Assembly: GCA_963693365.1 (NCBI GenBank)
Contig: CAVNZM010000005.1
Span: forward strand, 4,091,716-4,155,715
Direction of reading: 5' to 3'
DNA: 64,000 nt
Source of the DNA: Amoebidium appalachense
Lineage: Eukaryota > Protista > Ichthyosporea
Shown here: positions 1 through 59,487 of the stretch, piece after piece
How the letters are laid out: each line of letters begins with the position of its first letter
Position numbering within the stretch: position 1 is the first letter of the stretch
The notes under the pieces: model-generated
The model's input: only the letters and a program-made list of their open reading frames with translations
Database searches by the model: none
What the model was told of the DNA's origin: nothing
Program-made: the position numbers and the translations under genes

Positions 1-464
1 GGGGGGGGGGGGGGGGGAAGGGCGGGGGGAGGGGAGCCGGGGGGGGGAGGGGGGATGGGGCGGGAGGGGGGACGGGGGCTGGCTTCTCATCGTTTGAAAT
101 TTCTAACGTGAGATGTCCTAGAAAAAAGGAGTTAGGAACAAGGGTCAAAGAAAGATGTTGCCGGAGGGAACTTTTTTTGGGGGGGGAAGGGGGAGGGGGA
201 AAGGGGAGGGAGGGGAGGGAGGGAAGGAGGGAGGGGGAGGGGGGAGGGGGGGGGGGGGCAGGAATAAAGGGAGCGAGGGAGGGATGGGGGGGGGAGGGAG
301 GGAGCGAGGGAGGGAGGGAGGGAGGGAAAGAGGGAGGGAGAGAGGGAGGTGGGGGGAGAGAGTGGTGGGGCAAGAGAGAGAGCTGCAACAGGGAACCAAG
401 AGGACTAGCGGAAGAGCTAATAAATGAGAATGGAAAACATGACGGGTGGAAAGGAGAAACCCAC

Positions 465-1154
465 CCACACAGGCCTGTGTATGTGATGGTACGTTTCCTC
501 AGCCGTCTCAGCAACCTCAGCTGCAACTTCAATCCCACTGAAGGAACCCCCCACCATCATCACCCTCTTTCCAGTGAACTCATCCGGCCGCCTGTATGTG
601 TGGCTGTGGATGACTTTTCCTTGGAAGTTGGACAGTCCAGGAAGTTTGGGTGTGTGCGCACTCGAGAAGATCCCAGTAGCAACTAAGACACAGTCAAAGT
701 GCTCTTCGTGCGTCTGTCCATGTTGCTCGTTTTCGTTTACATCCTCGTTTGCAAGCACATCTGAAGCCGTTGAAAAGGTGATCGTATCCTTTCCCCCCTC
801 TCTCCACTGCACCACCCATCCATGCGTGTTTTGCTCAACCTGGACCACACGGCTATGGAAACGTATGAAACGTGTAAGACCAAAACTCTCAGCGTAACTT
901 CGCAGATAGCCATACACTTGACTGCGGTGTGGAAAGTTGGGTGTGCTTTTTTCCCAAGGGAAATCAGAAAAACAGCACGTATGTTTTGACAAGTTTGTAG
1001 TCATGCTCTCCCACGTAAACCCCTCTTGTGGGTCCCACACGCCTCCCAAGCGACCGCGCGCCTCAAAAACAGTTGGCATAAAGCCGCATTCTAACGCTGC
1101 TTTACAAGCTGCCAGGCCACTTGGGCCGGCCCCAATTACTGCTACCCGTTTCAT
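465..1154 (-). CDS. Flavin-containing monooxygenase (class B FMO), first exon; gene continues toward or past the left edge
   Basis: MKRVAVIGAGPSG (FAD Rossmann GxGxxG), GGVW, ATG motif (VLVATG), FMO signature FxGxxxHxxxY (FQGKVIHSHTY), second Rossmann VVGGSFSGIEVA. Probable GTGGGT donor at 464 after ...HRPVW (690 nt, phase 0). Confidence 0.92.
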
Positions 1155-1523
1155 GATTTCTCATGTCCTTCTCCTTGTCTCTGTGGTGTGTGCGTGTGTG
1201 TACGTGTGTGCGCGTGCATGTGCGTGTACAATAGGGCGTACATGCCGCTGCGTAGGCTGTGTGTCACTGATATCAGTGCATCATGTACTTGCAAATGTGG
1301 CTCACAGCTGAGCCTACCGAAGGGCCTTACCATGTCAGAAAAAGGGCGGGAAGAGGCGGGAAACCTAAACCACCGTGTCAAACGTAAGTTTTTGGTTGTC
1401 AAACGAGCGGCTGTATATGTAACTTGTCACTTTTCGTTGTGTAGAGGCAAAGGAAAGGGGGAAGCTTTGTGTATCTGCGGCAGAGACGGGTTTCTGGGGC
1501 ATCGACCATTGACAGCAGACAAC
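1155..1523. promoter_or_regulatory. Short divergent intergenic region (possible bidirectional promoter) between FMO and the YR-like gene
   Basis: Head-to-head ATGs at 1154 (-) and 1524 (+), about 370 bp apart; no specific motif identified. Confidence 0.4.
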
Positions 1524-5067
<3,544 letters not shown>

Positions 5068-6965
5068 ACGTGATGGGATTCAACCTCTTTCAAAGCAACG
5101 GAAAGAGTGCTTGCTTTGTCGCGAATATGATAATATTGTTATTTTTATTTTTAGTCTTTCATTTTTAATCCTTTTTTTAAAAAAGCCAGCCAGACTTGTG
5201 TTCTCAGTTATTTGCGAATATGATAAGATTTTTGTTCCATGGCTTTTTAAAAAATCCTCTCAGATTGCTTGTTCTGCTTTTTTATTGATATTATCACGAG
5301 TCACTGATGATCATGTTTGTTTTATTTTGTTTCAAAATGGATGAATGGCAAATCTGTACAAGCTGACCGAGATTTTGGCTTCCGAATTTACTGTTTAACA
5401 ACGTGATTCATGACTTGCATGTACCTGACGTCCAACTGAGGCCACCTTGAAACCATGCTCATATGCATTGAGTGTGTTTGCGTGCCACACGGAACTTTCG
5501 CCATGGCGCACACGTGGTAGGCATGCGCTAAAGTTTGGACATTGCAATTTATGTGCCCTTTAGCACCCGCTTGCACGAAATACTACATATATGCATGGGG
5601 CCTTATACTGTATGGCCGCAGTGCCTCGAGAGCTGAATACAAAACCCGCCTCATGCATGATATGTCGTGTGTTGGTGGCTGACTGCATTGTGCATGCATA
5701 TATTCCTGGCCAAGAGGAATAAGGAGTGAATAACCAGCACGTACACATGCAACTAGACAAGCACTACTTGGCCTTGCTGCACATATAACCATGCCTTGCA
5801 ACACAACAGCATGCAAATTGTACTCAAAATGTGCCCGATCTGGCAGAGGTACATAGGCATATTCATGTACACTTACTTATGCATGTACGTGCCTGAATGC
5901 ATATGATCCGCTAGCTTTTACACTTGCTGGGCTATCATAATAATGCTGTATGTACAGAGTGAAGAGAACATGTCCGAGCCAGGTAGCTAGGGTGTTTGTG
6001 TGTTTGTGTGTGTGTTTCTGTGTGTGTGTGTGTGTGTGTTTTTGGGGGGAGGGGAGGGGGGGGGGGGGGGAGGGGAGGGGGGCAGGCAAGGTGCCGAACG
6101 TGTACAGTGGGAGCAAGGCACCTTGTATAGCACTACCACTGATATTGAAAATTTAATTCAGGCAGAAGATCTTTCGTCAGCATACAATCAACAACAATTA
6201 CCAACTACAGTTCTACCTTCGCTAGCGCGCACTCAACGAGATTCACTAATTACTGCTAAGACATCTACCTTCGATATTACAGAGAGAAAAGTGCAAAGTG
6301 GCTGAAATGCATCGTTGAAAACCAAATGGCTACCAAGCAACCTCTACCGTAACGGTATTAGAGGGAAAAAATTAATGGATTTGTTTAAGACGATCGCGAA
6401 TGAAATATAGAGATATCAGTACTCCATTCATTACAAGGTCATAACGAAAAGCATACTGCTTGGTGAGGAAAAAAAAAAAAGAAAGAAAAAGAGAACGTCT
6501 CGATACAACAATTGTACGGTAGAGGGAAACAACGGGGGAGAAAAAGGCTAGCGTGCAAAAAGACATTTGACGTTACACGGCTTAGCCGTATGGATTTTAG
6601 ATGATACCATGAGCCTATATGCACCTGTCCGATGTTCGTATTCAGTTATGATAGATCCAGAAATTGCTGTCTATGATACACCAGATCTCTCGGAAACCTT
6701 CAAATTTACGAACAATCTAATCTTACGAGAAATAAACCATACAGTTGCATACACCACCACACTTTCGAAACATAACGCGAAATTCGCGCGGTGGCAGATC
6801 AATCTTTTGCAATTCGACACCAGAGTTACCCAGTAATCCTACGATTCCGATCGCATGATCCTATGCTTCAGTGTCTGCGACGTCATATTTTATATCTCCT
6901 TGCATACACCAATACCATTCCACAAGCACAGATTAAAACCAGTTTTCCTGCATGGCAACACACTA

Positions 6966-24002
<17,037 letters not shown>

Positions 24003-24947
24003 GTTTAGTGTTGCGCCAGCTCGTCGAGCCCATGGGCGCTCTAAGTAAACAGAATGTGTTCAAAATGCTTGAAGGACTGGATAAGCACCCTAGCCTTTAC
24101 GTAGTTCGTTCAACAAAAGATTCTGCAAACAACGAGAGCGCCACGCAGCTCCCTTTCAGTCAACCAAACAGTTTAGGCAAGGTTTTCCGCCTTTTAGGCA
24201 TGACAGGGGTGCCTCAAATTTGAAATTCGGAAGGGGGGGGGAGAGGTAGCTCCTAACACTACCACTATGCACTAGCGTTATCGCTGTAGAACCACAGCCT
24301 CTTCCAGCTTGCTAGTGTTTGTTGAAATGCTCAGCCGTCTCTAGAACATGTTTTTGTGGTCCGACTTGTTCTGAGCCTAACGTATACGCCGCTGCATGTG
24401 CCAGGCTGCCAGCTTCGCCTCTGTTTCAAAAACGTCCTAATTTTACCACCAAATTTCAAACGTAAGCTCGAATAGAAAAATACATTTCATTTTAGATCAA
24501 AAAATATCGACTAGAAATAATTTATTAGCGGAACGGCGGGAAAATTGGCAATCAACATTTATGGTTGGCGGCCCGGCTGGGCGGAGACTTACAGCCGTTA
24601 CTTGAAGCGATCAGTGAGCCGCCCTTTGCAAGCTGACAAGAGCGGAAATGTTTCAGGCTCCGAGGTTCTGAAAGGTTTCAAATGCCTGCTCACCGTTCAG
24701 TGTTATAGCCAACGAGTTCTGTTATGGCCTATCTATTACACCTAAGCAGGAAGACGGATTGAAGTTCAAAGTTTTCGGACGTGACAACGAGAGACCAAAG
24801 ATCCCTCCACCATAGCCACTCTCTTCCCCTGCTTAGGGGTCATGGGTTGACAGTTTCGACATAAAGCAATACGAACAACTGAACATTTGCACTTTGACTT
24901 CTGAAAGCTATTTAAATAAATAAGCTCCTGTTTGTATAACGGCTAGA
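24003..24947. promoter_or_regulatory. Divergent intergenic region (possible bidirectional promoter) between DNAJC7-like and PWWP genes
   Basis: Head-to-head starts ~945 bp apart; nearly free of microsatellites and relatively CpG-retaining. Confidence 0.45.
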
Positions 24948-37244
<12,297 letters not shown>

Positions 37245-38403
37245 AGCGAGATGGTGTTCTATGCCGCCGCGGGGTTGTTGTTCTTTCATTTGATTTTCTG
37301 ATGTACATATCGATGGCAGAGCTTTAACAGGTACTTAAATTGAAGTGTAGTTGTAAATAGAACATCTCTCTTTCTTGAACATGGGAATTTCAATGGGGAA
37401 GGCGGGATTTAGACTCTGAAATTGGGTAAAAGGTAATGGTTCACTTGCATAGCTGAGCAAATATGCAGTAGAACGTAACGGACTCGGCACACATATGTAC
37501 ATGGAGCCTGATGCATATGGAGGTTAATTGATGCATGTCATGCGCGATGTAGCCTTTCAATATTAATATGTTACACACCCTCAATGCTATTAGCCTGTGT
37601 CGGAATATGCACTTTTAGTATTGGGCGGGGTTAGTGGTCATGCACAAAACCGCGAATTCGGTCACGGTGTACCTATTTCACGAATGTTAATGTTGGTGTG
37701 TGGGACACTGAAAGCAAGCAACACAGTGGTGTCACGGTCGCAACTCATACGATAAGTCTGCCAGTAAACGTAAAATCTTTGAGGGGAGGGGGGCCCGGAT
37801 GGGTGTGCGTGGGTGGGTGCAACTCGCTCAGAGACCCGGACTCCGAGGGAATCCGAAGGTGAGCTCATTTAGCGTACTTCAGGTGAGGGTTGGGTGGGTG
37901 TGTGTGACATTGTGTATTCAATATTTACGTGTGTGTGTACACGTGTGTGTGTCACGGTGGTGGGTGACCTGGGGAGGGAGGGAGGGAGGGGGGGGGGGGG
38001 GGGGGGGGGGCTGCTTGTCGAAAGCGAGCTCATCATCGCAGCATCAGGGCTTTAGGGAAGGGTTGGGTGGGCGTCTCTGTGTGTTTTGTGTGGGTGTACG
38101 TACAACATGTTGGGTGGTAGAGGAACTATGCTTTTTGACGGTGTAATCGATCATGAGCTAGCGTATGTATGGTAGATTGCTGTCCCGGAGCTGCTGACAC
38201 GATCGAGGTATGTACTCATCCGAATCAATGATGTTCTCTCATGGACATAATATGTACACGTCTCGCTCTGTTAACAGCGCTCTAACATATTATTTGTGTG
38301 GCATATATGATGCACAGGCCTGGGTACCTGCCATATGAATATCAAATTGCTGTGTTGTGAGTGCGATTGCTACTATAGTACAGCCGTGATTTTTTTTTTT
38401 TTT

Positions 38404-38434
<31 letters not shown>

Positions 38435-39079
38435 CGGCTTCCGACCCAGGATATATCGATGCATGTTTATGTGACGTTATCAAGCTCTCGAGTCAAGCTG
38501 GCCCAGAAGAGATAATAACCTTAATAGCCTTGCATGCATGTGTATCTGTTTTTTTTATTTAATTCATAAAAGGTCATCACACCCTTTTTTGACACACTGA
38601 GTGTGTCTCATATCCGTGAAAAAACAGAAACCGAAGGTTTGACATGCATATTAAAAAGGAGCAGAAATAGCCCAGCGTAGAGCAGGAAACGAATCATGGT
38701 TGTCGTTACCATGCCATTGATAACAAAGCCAAAAGGATGATAATATAATAAAAATATATTAATGCAAGCAATGTCATTCATGCAAAACCTTCATAGGGTA
38801 CGTTTCACACAGTGAAAGCACAGCTACATACAATGTCAGCATATAGTAGAGCACAGCACAGAACCAAATCGTGGGGAAAAAAGGTGTACAAAACAAGACC
38901 TGCTAGACTTCACGAGGGGGACTGATAAACATACTTGTTTAAACCTTGAAAACAAAAGAACGAGCGTGCGTGTGTGTGTGTGTGGTGGTGATGGCGGTGG
39001 TGGTGGTGGTAAGTGGTGGTGGTGCTGGTGTGTGTGCGTGTGTGTGTGGTGTGTGTGTGTGTGTGTGTGGTGTGTGTGT

Positions 39080-39110
<31 letters not shown>

Positions 39111-39482
39111 GTGTGTGTGTGTGCATCCATGCATCCACGCATGCATACCTGCGCAAGGATGACATTGTGTTGTGTGTCGCATGGTGCATCGATATGTTGC
39201 CAGCGTGTATGCACGTGCCTGTGTGTGCAAGTGTGGCATGGTGTATGCTCTATGCCGTGTGTAGGCATGTGAATATACAGTGTATGTAGTGATCATAGTG
39301 TGGTCAAAAGCCCTAATATCTAAAAGCTCGTGGGTCAGCCATGTACTTGCAATTGTGCAACATCGGATAGAAGGAAGTTCCAGTAACACCCAATTTACAA
39401 CCGTAGCAAGTGCACGCAATAGCTACCAGAACGAACAAAGAATAATATTATAGCAATCAATGATAAGTAGCCAATCACATGC

Positions 39483-51411
<11,929 letters not shown>

Positions 51412-54400
51412 CCTTTGCTGCTCGCAGAAGGCGAACTAAAACTTTGACCTGGCGTGGATGATAGTGGATAGTGAATGGTGAATCCTGGTAAACGTAGAAA
51501 CGGACTACCCTTGGACCTCTAAACACAGTCACTATTCAGCGAAATCTCGGCAAACTTCAAAGATTTCGAGTTAACATGCCACTAGGTATTCGAGTGAAGT
51601 AAACGCGTCTGCGTGGGATGAGACGTAACGGTTGAGAAGCTCGGGAGTGAGCGGAGGAACAGTTTTTGTTGAATGAATCAGATTCCAATTAATAAATATG
51701 TCATCATTGCTCTCAAATGATGTGCAATTTTTGTGCACAGAAGGCTAATACTTAGTGACACACGCGGCTTGACAACAAGTAACACGTTCGAGTGCTTCAT
51801 GTGATGACACCAGTCGTTGTCTAAGTCTAAGTTTGCCAACTCAGTCTTCGAAGTGGCCCGATGGGCCCTTGCGTCAGAGAGTGAGGGAGACATGTGTGTG
51901 ACTGTGACAGCGGTACATTTGAGCAATAAAACGGTGATGATATTTTGGCGGGCCAATCACAACACGCCAAGACAGCACGAACCTTGTGATTGGCTTGTGC
52001 ACTGTGCACCTTCATCGAGTCTGCCCGGGGACGGTCTCTGAGTCCACTAATGTACATACATGTGTAGTGACAGTGTGTTTTCCGTGCAGATATTGAACAA
52101 TACAGCAATTTACAACACAAAAAAGTGTTGCAATGAATCTAATCTCATAGGAATAACAGCCTGGTTCTACCCCCGGGCTATGTGCACCGGTCCCAACATC
52201 ACCAGCCCAGCGGCGCGGTGGGCAGCGGCGCGGTGAGTGACCGGTTAAAGTCAGCCATGATTTGTAAAGCCGATGACAATGGGGCCTTCAAGCTCACGGT
52301 CGTTGTAGCGTAATCTCATATTGCCCTTAATTTCACTTCATCAGTTATATACTAACTATGTTTGGCAAGCAAAAATAATAATAATACCAAAAAAATACTT
52401 ATTATAACGGACAGCGGCAACAATTGGTCGTAAGAACTTCGCTGCCAGAAAGTTTGAAATGTAAGATGAACATCGCGATCGCCAATCTTATCCTAACTTT
52501 AAAAACAAATTAAATGATGAGCATGTACTATGCTCAAGGCTTTATCACGCAATGTGCATTGCCAAAATTTTAGATGCCAAGAAACTTTGCGGCGGACATG
52601 CCGCGGAACAAAATAAAAATCGACTAACAAAAGATAAACGTTGACGTTACAAGCAACAAATAACCTATAACTCACTGTAATAAAGAATACAGTACAAGCT
52701 GTTCTTGTACTGACCGTCACCCGATATGCTGGTAAGGCACTGAGAACCGTTGGCACGTGTACCTGGCTCGAGGTTTTGTCTCCCATGACATTCCAGTAAA
52801 CGTTGCTAGCAAAACATCATTCGGATGTTCATAAAAAGAGCATCACGTTGCATATATATCCCAGCACTTTATATTTTCAGTGATGTTTCGATGAGTGGCA
52901 TTAGAGTCAAATATGATTGGAAAGCAACATGTGCAATCGAGAGAAGAAGACAAAGGGAAATTTTGTGGGTTTTTGTAGTTATAGGGCTCGGCAAAAACTC
53001 ATTCTCGCGTAAGATGATGACCTGAACAGTATTTTTACTTTCTTCTCCTTAAGCGATCACTAAAACTTCAATAAAGTCATTATAAAAAAAAATTCAATCA
53101 TTTGGAACTCGGCCGCGGCCGGCGCCTACCGTATGACATCTCAGGCCCGTGCATGGTGAAACTGTCGCAGCTGACACGTTTCCTATTTCTAACGCGCCTG
53201 CAGACAAAAAAAATAAAATAAATGATGGAAAAGATTAATATACTGTGCTGCCTTTGGCGGTTTGTCGTTTCATCATTTCGAAAGAAGGAGCACTGGAGCA
53301 GAGACCTGCCAAGCCCCTAGAACGATCCAATTGGCTTTCCTACGCCAATCAGTACGTTTGTTCATATTTTCAATAAATTCTCAGTAGATTCCAGACAGAG
53401 GATGGCAAAACACCTGTGCTGTCGATGAGGCTATGTTTGTGTCATGGATGTACAAATACTACCTTAAAACGCTTTACTCCGGAAGCTCGAGTTGCGTACT
53501 TTATTATATGCTTTATTAATTTATATCAAGGTAGTTTGCTGATAAGTAGATTAGTTATGACACATATTTGGGGGTCGTCCCGGGTCGAATGGCCGGATCG
53601 ATCGCACCCGGCGAGAGCGTGCGCGAATCATTCTCGCCCGGCCATCGGGCGATAGGGCTAAGAGTGCTCCAGACACAAATCGTAGGCAGTAGGCTCGGAG
53701 ACCATATAGTTAATTATTTAATTAGAGGGTGTGGGAAATAGTTTATTCACATTACACGTTCATGGCCGGCCTGTTCGGGGATCCGGTGGCCCGGGTGCTA
53801 TCGATCCTAATCGATCAGATATCATCAGCGGCGCACATGAGCATCATGCCTCTGCGGCTGGTTCCGGTTCGCGTGAGATTCGGGGTGTGACCTCGATCCG
53901 AGAAAAAAAAAGGCAAAGGCCACAAAAACGACCGTGGTCTGGCAAAACGTAGTACTGTGCCGCTTAACGGTTAGTGCAGATCATGATAAAAAGCAAAATC
54001 CATAGGCAGCATATAGATAGCATATAGATAGCACTGAGTTTCTGAAGCAGGCTGAGAGAAAAGGTGTTTCAATTTTAGTTGTTAGTGACTCATATTTTAA
54101 CTCTGGGTTCACTAATGAGTAATGCCGGGGTGGCAGAACCGTCTCAGAAAGTTTTCTGCTGAGGACGAGCAAAGAAAAAATCCCGGGCCCTACAAAACAA
54201 CTTGACACACGTTAGTTGAGTGGCTACATCTCTGCAGTCTTTCGGGTTCAGAACAGAGCAAAAAGTAGTGGCAGACAGCCATTTCCGTTCACCACGCTTA
54301 AAAACGAGGCAAAGGTAATTAATCTTCGTTATACAGGGTCGTGACCACCTCGAAATCAAACCTGAAACCCAACATTTTATAGTTCCAACACCAGATCTTA

Positions 54401-55907
54401 GGGACCGGGTTTGGGGTTTCAGAATATAGGCCAGATGCGAACACAGTACACGGTGGAGTCCAACAGGCACCAGGTACGAGATTTCCAGCTGGACCATTAC
54501 AGACAAATTACAGTTACAGCTAATGTTACTAAGTTATGGTTAATAAAATAGCCCAGTCACTTGGCACTATTTGTAATTGATACAAAAAGAGTTGTTTGGG
54601 GGGGGAGGGGGGGGGGGGGGGAATAGAGAACAGAAAGTATGAAAGGCAGACAGACAACAAAAGGTGGCACAGGATTTTTGTTCTTATCATTTCACTTTTT
54701 TTTTTTTTTCTCTTTTTTTTTCCCTGGTGGCCGCACACTGGGAGGGCGTTGGAAATGAAGCACGAACTTCAAGAAGGAGCCCACCAGCCAACCCCCCCCC
54801 CCCCCCACACACACACAACACACACGCACAAACACGCACACACACACACACACACACACGCAGACACACCGTGGCACACGCGCACCACTGACCCCGGCCT
54901 ATCCACCTACGCACGCGCACCACTAACCCCAACCCACCCACTTACACTGGCACACATATAAAAATTCGCCAACCCAGTTATCAGATCTCTGTAACTTCAT
55001 TTATATGCTCAGAATTGTTTTACGTCAGGATCCCTTTCATGATGCTACGGCAGAGGCTACTTCGATGCATTAGCTCACGACGGAGTGGTAACACAGTTTT
55101 TTCCAGCAGGACCTTGCACTTTCCAGAATAGTGAAGCCTTCCACACGAACTTTGACTCTCGTTGGCGTTGAAGCCCAGGCGGAGGGAAGAGCGCAAAACG
55201 GGCTGTGGGCAGGGTGGTGAGAGACGATGGCGCCATGAGTAGAGGTTTCTATGGATACGGGGCAGGTGGGTAACCTTTTTGGGTGAACGGGCTACTGTGC
55301 TACTTGTGAGCGTAGGGAAAGATTTTTCAAGATGGTCTGGCTTAGAGATGTCACAGTGGTGCCGTATACAAAAGGATCTGGAGTAGGCACGACTGTTAAC
55401 GATTTGCGTTAGATCTACCAGGCTGCAGCGTATCAATGTGCGGTTCCTGGGAGTAATATGAATATTAGCACGGGCCGTTGTGAAGATGACACACACACAT
55501 TACTTTATATACATGGGTTCAAGGTCACCGGAGGTTTGCACAAGTCAATGCCTAGACAAAGTCAAATTTTTGAACGGTTTTGTGGTTTTTGTAATTTGTA
55601 TGCGTCACGTAAGTTGTACATGTAACCAAAAGATCTGAAGCCCGCGGCGGGATGTTTTAAGAGGGATAACTTGTTAGTGTCGTGGAGTGTGTCACCAGGA
55701 GCCTCGACGTATGTGTATGGGCATTCTGGTCAATGGATTTGTGTGTGTGTGCGTGTGTGCAAGCGTGTGCTTGAGTGTACATGTGTGTGCGCAGTTTTGC
55801 TTTCTTTTTCTCTTTTTCATTAGTTGTTGTCTTAGCTCTTTTTTTTTTTTTTTTTTTTTTTCCCCATGTACGGGGATGGACAGTGTGACTGTGCGCCGCG
55901 CATATGT

Positions 55908-55959
<52 letters not shown>

Positions 55960-56220
55960 CTCGTGTCCCTATATGTGCATGTCCACGCACACACACACCC
56001 GCCCGGTTGCGCCTGTACCAGTCTGAGCCTTAATAGCCTGTTTGTCTCGTTCACTTTGGCCAACCGGGTATTCTGGCATTTTCCGAAGATTTTTTTGAGA
56101 ACCATAACCATTTCAAATTAGCTCAGTTTCAAAGTATGCTAGTCCCCCCCCCCCCCCCCCCCCCCAACTTGAAACATGCACTCGCAGTACGTGTCTGACT
56201 GTGTGCACATTTGACTGTAG

Positions 56221-57086
56221 GCTGATCAACGAGGGCTGGCCGCCAAACCACAAGCCACCGGCCCAACACGCACGGATTTACAACTAGCTGCTGCAAACCA
56301 GAAATGGTACGCGACATAATAATCACATGGCCTTTTATGGTTTATTATGTCTGGATGAGGTCGGGTTTTTAGAGTTCGTATGGCATAAGCGGTGGGATTT
56401 TTCAGCCTCGTGATTGATTGGAGGGTGGGTGCGGCTGCACGCTGCTAGGTGGCTGTGTGATAATGAATTGAGGTGTGCATAGAGTGCTGTCGCAGGCAAA
56501 AAGTTTTATCCTGGGCCAGGAGATTTCGTTGCAGTGGGGGATGGTCGGGGCAAAGGGTTGATGGCATGCCCGAAGCAGCTTCCAGAGCGTTGGCAAGGTG
56601 CATGTTTTGCACGGCGGTTCCTTTCCCCCCCCTTCCCCCCCCCCCCCCCCCCCCCCCCCACCCCCACCCCCCCGCCATTTATTTTGTTCTTGATTTTATT
56701 TGTTTTATTTTTTATAATTTTTTTTGGCGGAAGGGGGGGGGGGGGGGGGGCAATTGTGAAAAGACTACATGCACAGTCACCATAGTGCAGCATTAAAACA
56801 CACCATGAAGACAAGAACAAACTGCACACAGTGACGCGTCCACACATGCACACATACGTGCACATTTATTTAGGCTATTCGTACACGTACCCCGACACGT
56901 ATCGACACATTCACATCCGCACGCAAGCTCACATTCATACTGAGTAGGCTTGCACACACAATCACATACTCACACAATAACACTCACTCGCACTTTTATA
57001 CATAATGATTCGAAACTCACCGTGATTCATTCAATCTTACTAACAAAAACATAATACCGTTGCCACCCACGTGCGGGCGTGCACGG

Positions 57087-57120
<34 letters not shown>

Positions 57121-59487
57121 ATACACACACACGCACACACGCAGACACCCACATACACATGCACCTGTTCCTTTGCCATTCTTTCAGCGTTTCAATGATA
57201 TAGCTGGAGTCCCGTTCCACCCTTTTTTCGTTAACCCACCATTCACCCTCCTAGGGCCACTGAGGATGGAGGCCGTAGGGCCAATTCAGCCACAGCTATG
57301 GGTGACAACGACCCGCCTGGCACACGGTCAGGCCGGCACACATTACAGACAGGTAACTCGACAGATTCAGGACTCAACAGAGGATCGAGCAACAATTCAT
57401 CGGCGAGCACTCCGGGCCTCTCTGTGCCAACATGGAGGGCACCGCCTGTAGGCGTGGAGGCACAAAGGTCTTCCCGTCCACGTGCGCTGGCTGCGGCAGC
57501 GGCACCACCGAGCGCGGACAGAGGGAACCTCTCCGATGATCCCGCGTCGAAAATCCAGTTGCCGAAGAAGAGAAAGGGACGTAGGCCGCCATGGGGCGCA
57601 CTGACGGGGCCCAACCCTATCAAGGGAGCCTCGGGGGATGGGATGGAGCCGCACGACCTGCACATGAAGCAGATACAACAGCAGCTGGAGGGTCATCTGC
57701 CCCAGTACCTCCTGCAACAACAGAAGAGGGAGGAGGAGCAGCGACAGCGCGAAATGGCTGAGAGACAATTAGTGCAGCAAAGGTTGTCGGTGCGCGTCGC
57801 CGCTGGCACCCTCCGGAAACTACCAGCACTTTTGCCTCTTGGGGCCGCGGCGCCCGGGCATGGTAACGCCACCGGGACGGGACAAAACATCGGGCCACCA
57901 ACCGTGAGGAGGATTTCTTCATCGCAATCGCAGGCAACACACCCGAGTCATCGCGACGATCGTGCGGCATCCGATAGCGAGAGTAGCGAGATACGTCATC
58001 CGTTACCCGACCCGCCATCCGGCCCGCATTCGTGTGAGTTGCCGAAGTGGCCGGACATATACGACCCTCCGGACGGGTGTCGGTGCTTGGGGGGCTGCTA
58101 TCCAGGCTGGTTGGGGCAGACGTTTGGCTCTAAAAGGTGCCAGAAGTGCTTTCCGGCACGGGCGGCCAGTTCGGAATCTGTCGAGGTATCCGGTCGGCAT
58201 GGGGGCACACATCAGCCGGGCGATAACACGCGAGAACGTCGGGGATCGTTAAGGGATAATTCAAGTGTTCACGGGCCGGCGCCCGTTAAACATTTGGGGT
58301 CACGGTCTAGCGGCGAGGTAGAGATGGCGGAAGTTAAGCCACCGTTGGGAATCAACGCACACACGGCAAGCAGGAAACCCTCGCTGATGAGCGTCGACGG
58401 CCCAACGAGTCATTACATAGGGGATGAACGGTCGTTTGGGGGTGATATGGCGATGGGAGGGGATGGCTTCAGCGACATACTCGGTAGATTATCACCCCGG
58501 AGCAGTTCGCATTGGCATGGGGAGGGACAGGGTCGCCAACACCAACACCTACCCGGGCGTCACAGCAGACACCAACACGACTACCCGCACCGCGACCACC
58601 CACGGCGTGACTATACTAGTAGACACCACGACGACAATGGGATGTTTTCGGATATGGGACATACACGTGCTCGGGGGGAGAGTGAAGATATGCTGCACCA
58701 TTCAACTCATAGGCACGGGGACTTGCCGGATCGCTACGGGCGGCAACATGGGCACCGAGATATAGACGACCCGATACAGCGCCTAGACAGGGCATATGAG
58801 GCGTTTTTCCAGCCACGGCACTCCCGGGCCCAGGGAAACCCTTTGCATGGGCCACAGGTGCAACACCGCGACGGCCCCCGACACCACCGTCACATTTCAT
58901 TGGCCCGGGACGACCTTGAATCCGACAGGCGATTGGTGGGAAGTCACGACAGTGTTTTGGTGCGAGAAATGGGGCATGATGGCCCACCAATCAAGCGCCA
59001 TCGGCATCATTCCGACCATTCCTTATTCGGTCACCTGGGGGAAGGATATCCCGAGGACAGTAGGAGGTTTCCCCACGAGCGGTCTCGAACCCACACCTCC
59101 GAATGGGATAGCCCAAGCATGGCCACGATGGGGTTGGGTCGTGATTTCGAACCAATACGCAGCCACCGCGACACCGGGGGGGATAATCTAATGCGCGACA
59201 CGGGTAGCCCGCATGGTTTGAGCGGACTTTCGCGGGATATGGGGTCTGAGCTACTAATGGGGCTGCGGCACCAATCACACACCGTTGGGTCTGGGGGGAA
59301 TTTTTCGCGGTCTGTGGATAGGGGCTTTAATAATGACATTGATTTGGCCCCACCCACGCGTTCGGCTGCTAACAGGGGCATGCATTTGGGCCCGGACGGA
59401 TCGTCACGCGAGAGAATGGGGAATTCGGGGCCTGGGCCGGATAGGGGTCTGAGGGATGCAAGAGGTATACGGGGGTGGCCCATGTAA
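56221..59487 (+). CDS. Uncharacterised, largely disordered protein (Q/E coil, small Cys cluster, His/Arg/Asp-rich region); 5' end unresolved
   Basis: 729-aa microsatellite-free ORF 57298-59487 extends to an acceptor at 57254; phase-compatible upstream exons 56221-56306 and 56496-56597. No family recognised. Confidence 0.75.

Noticed and set aside
55020-55496. 158-aa minus-strand ORF as a gene
   Set aside because: No recognisable motif; more likely antisense to unresolved 5' exons or UTR of the plus-strand gene.
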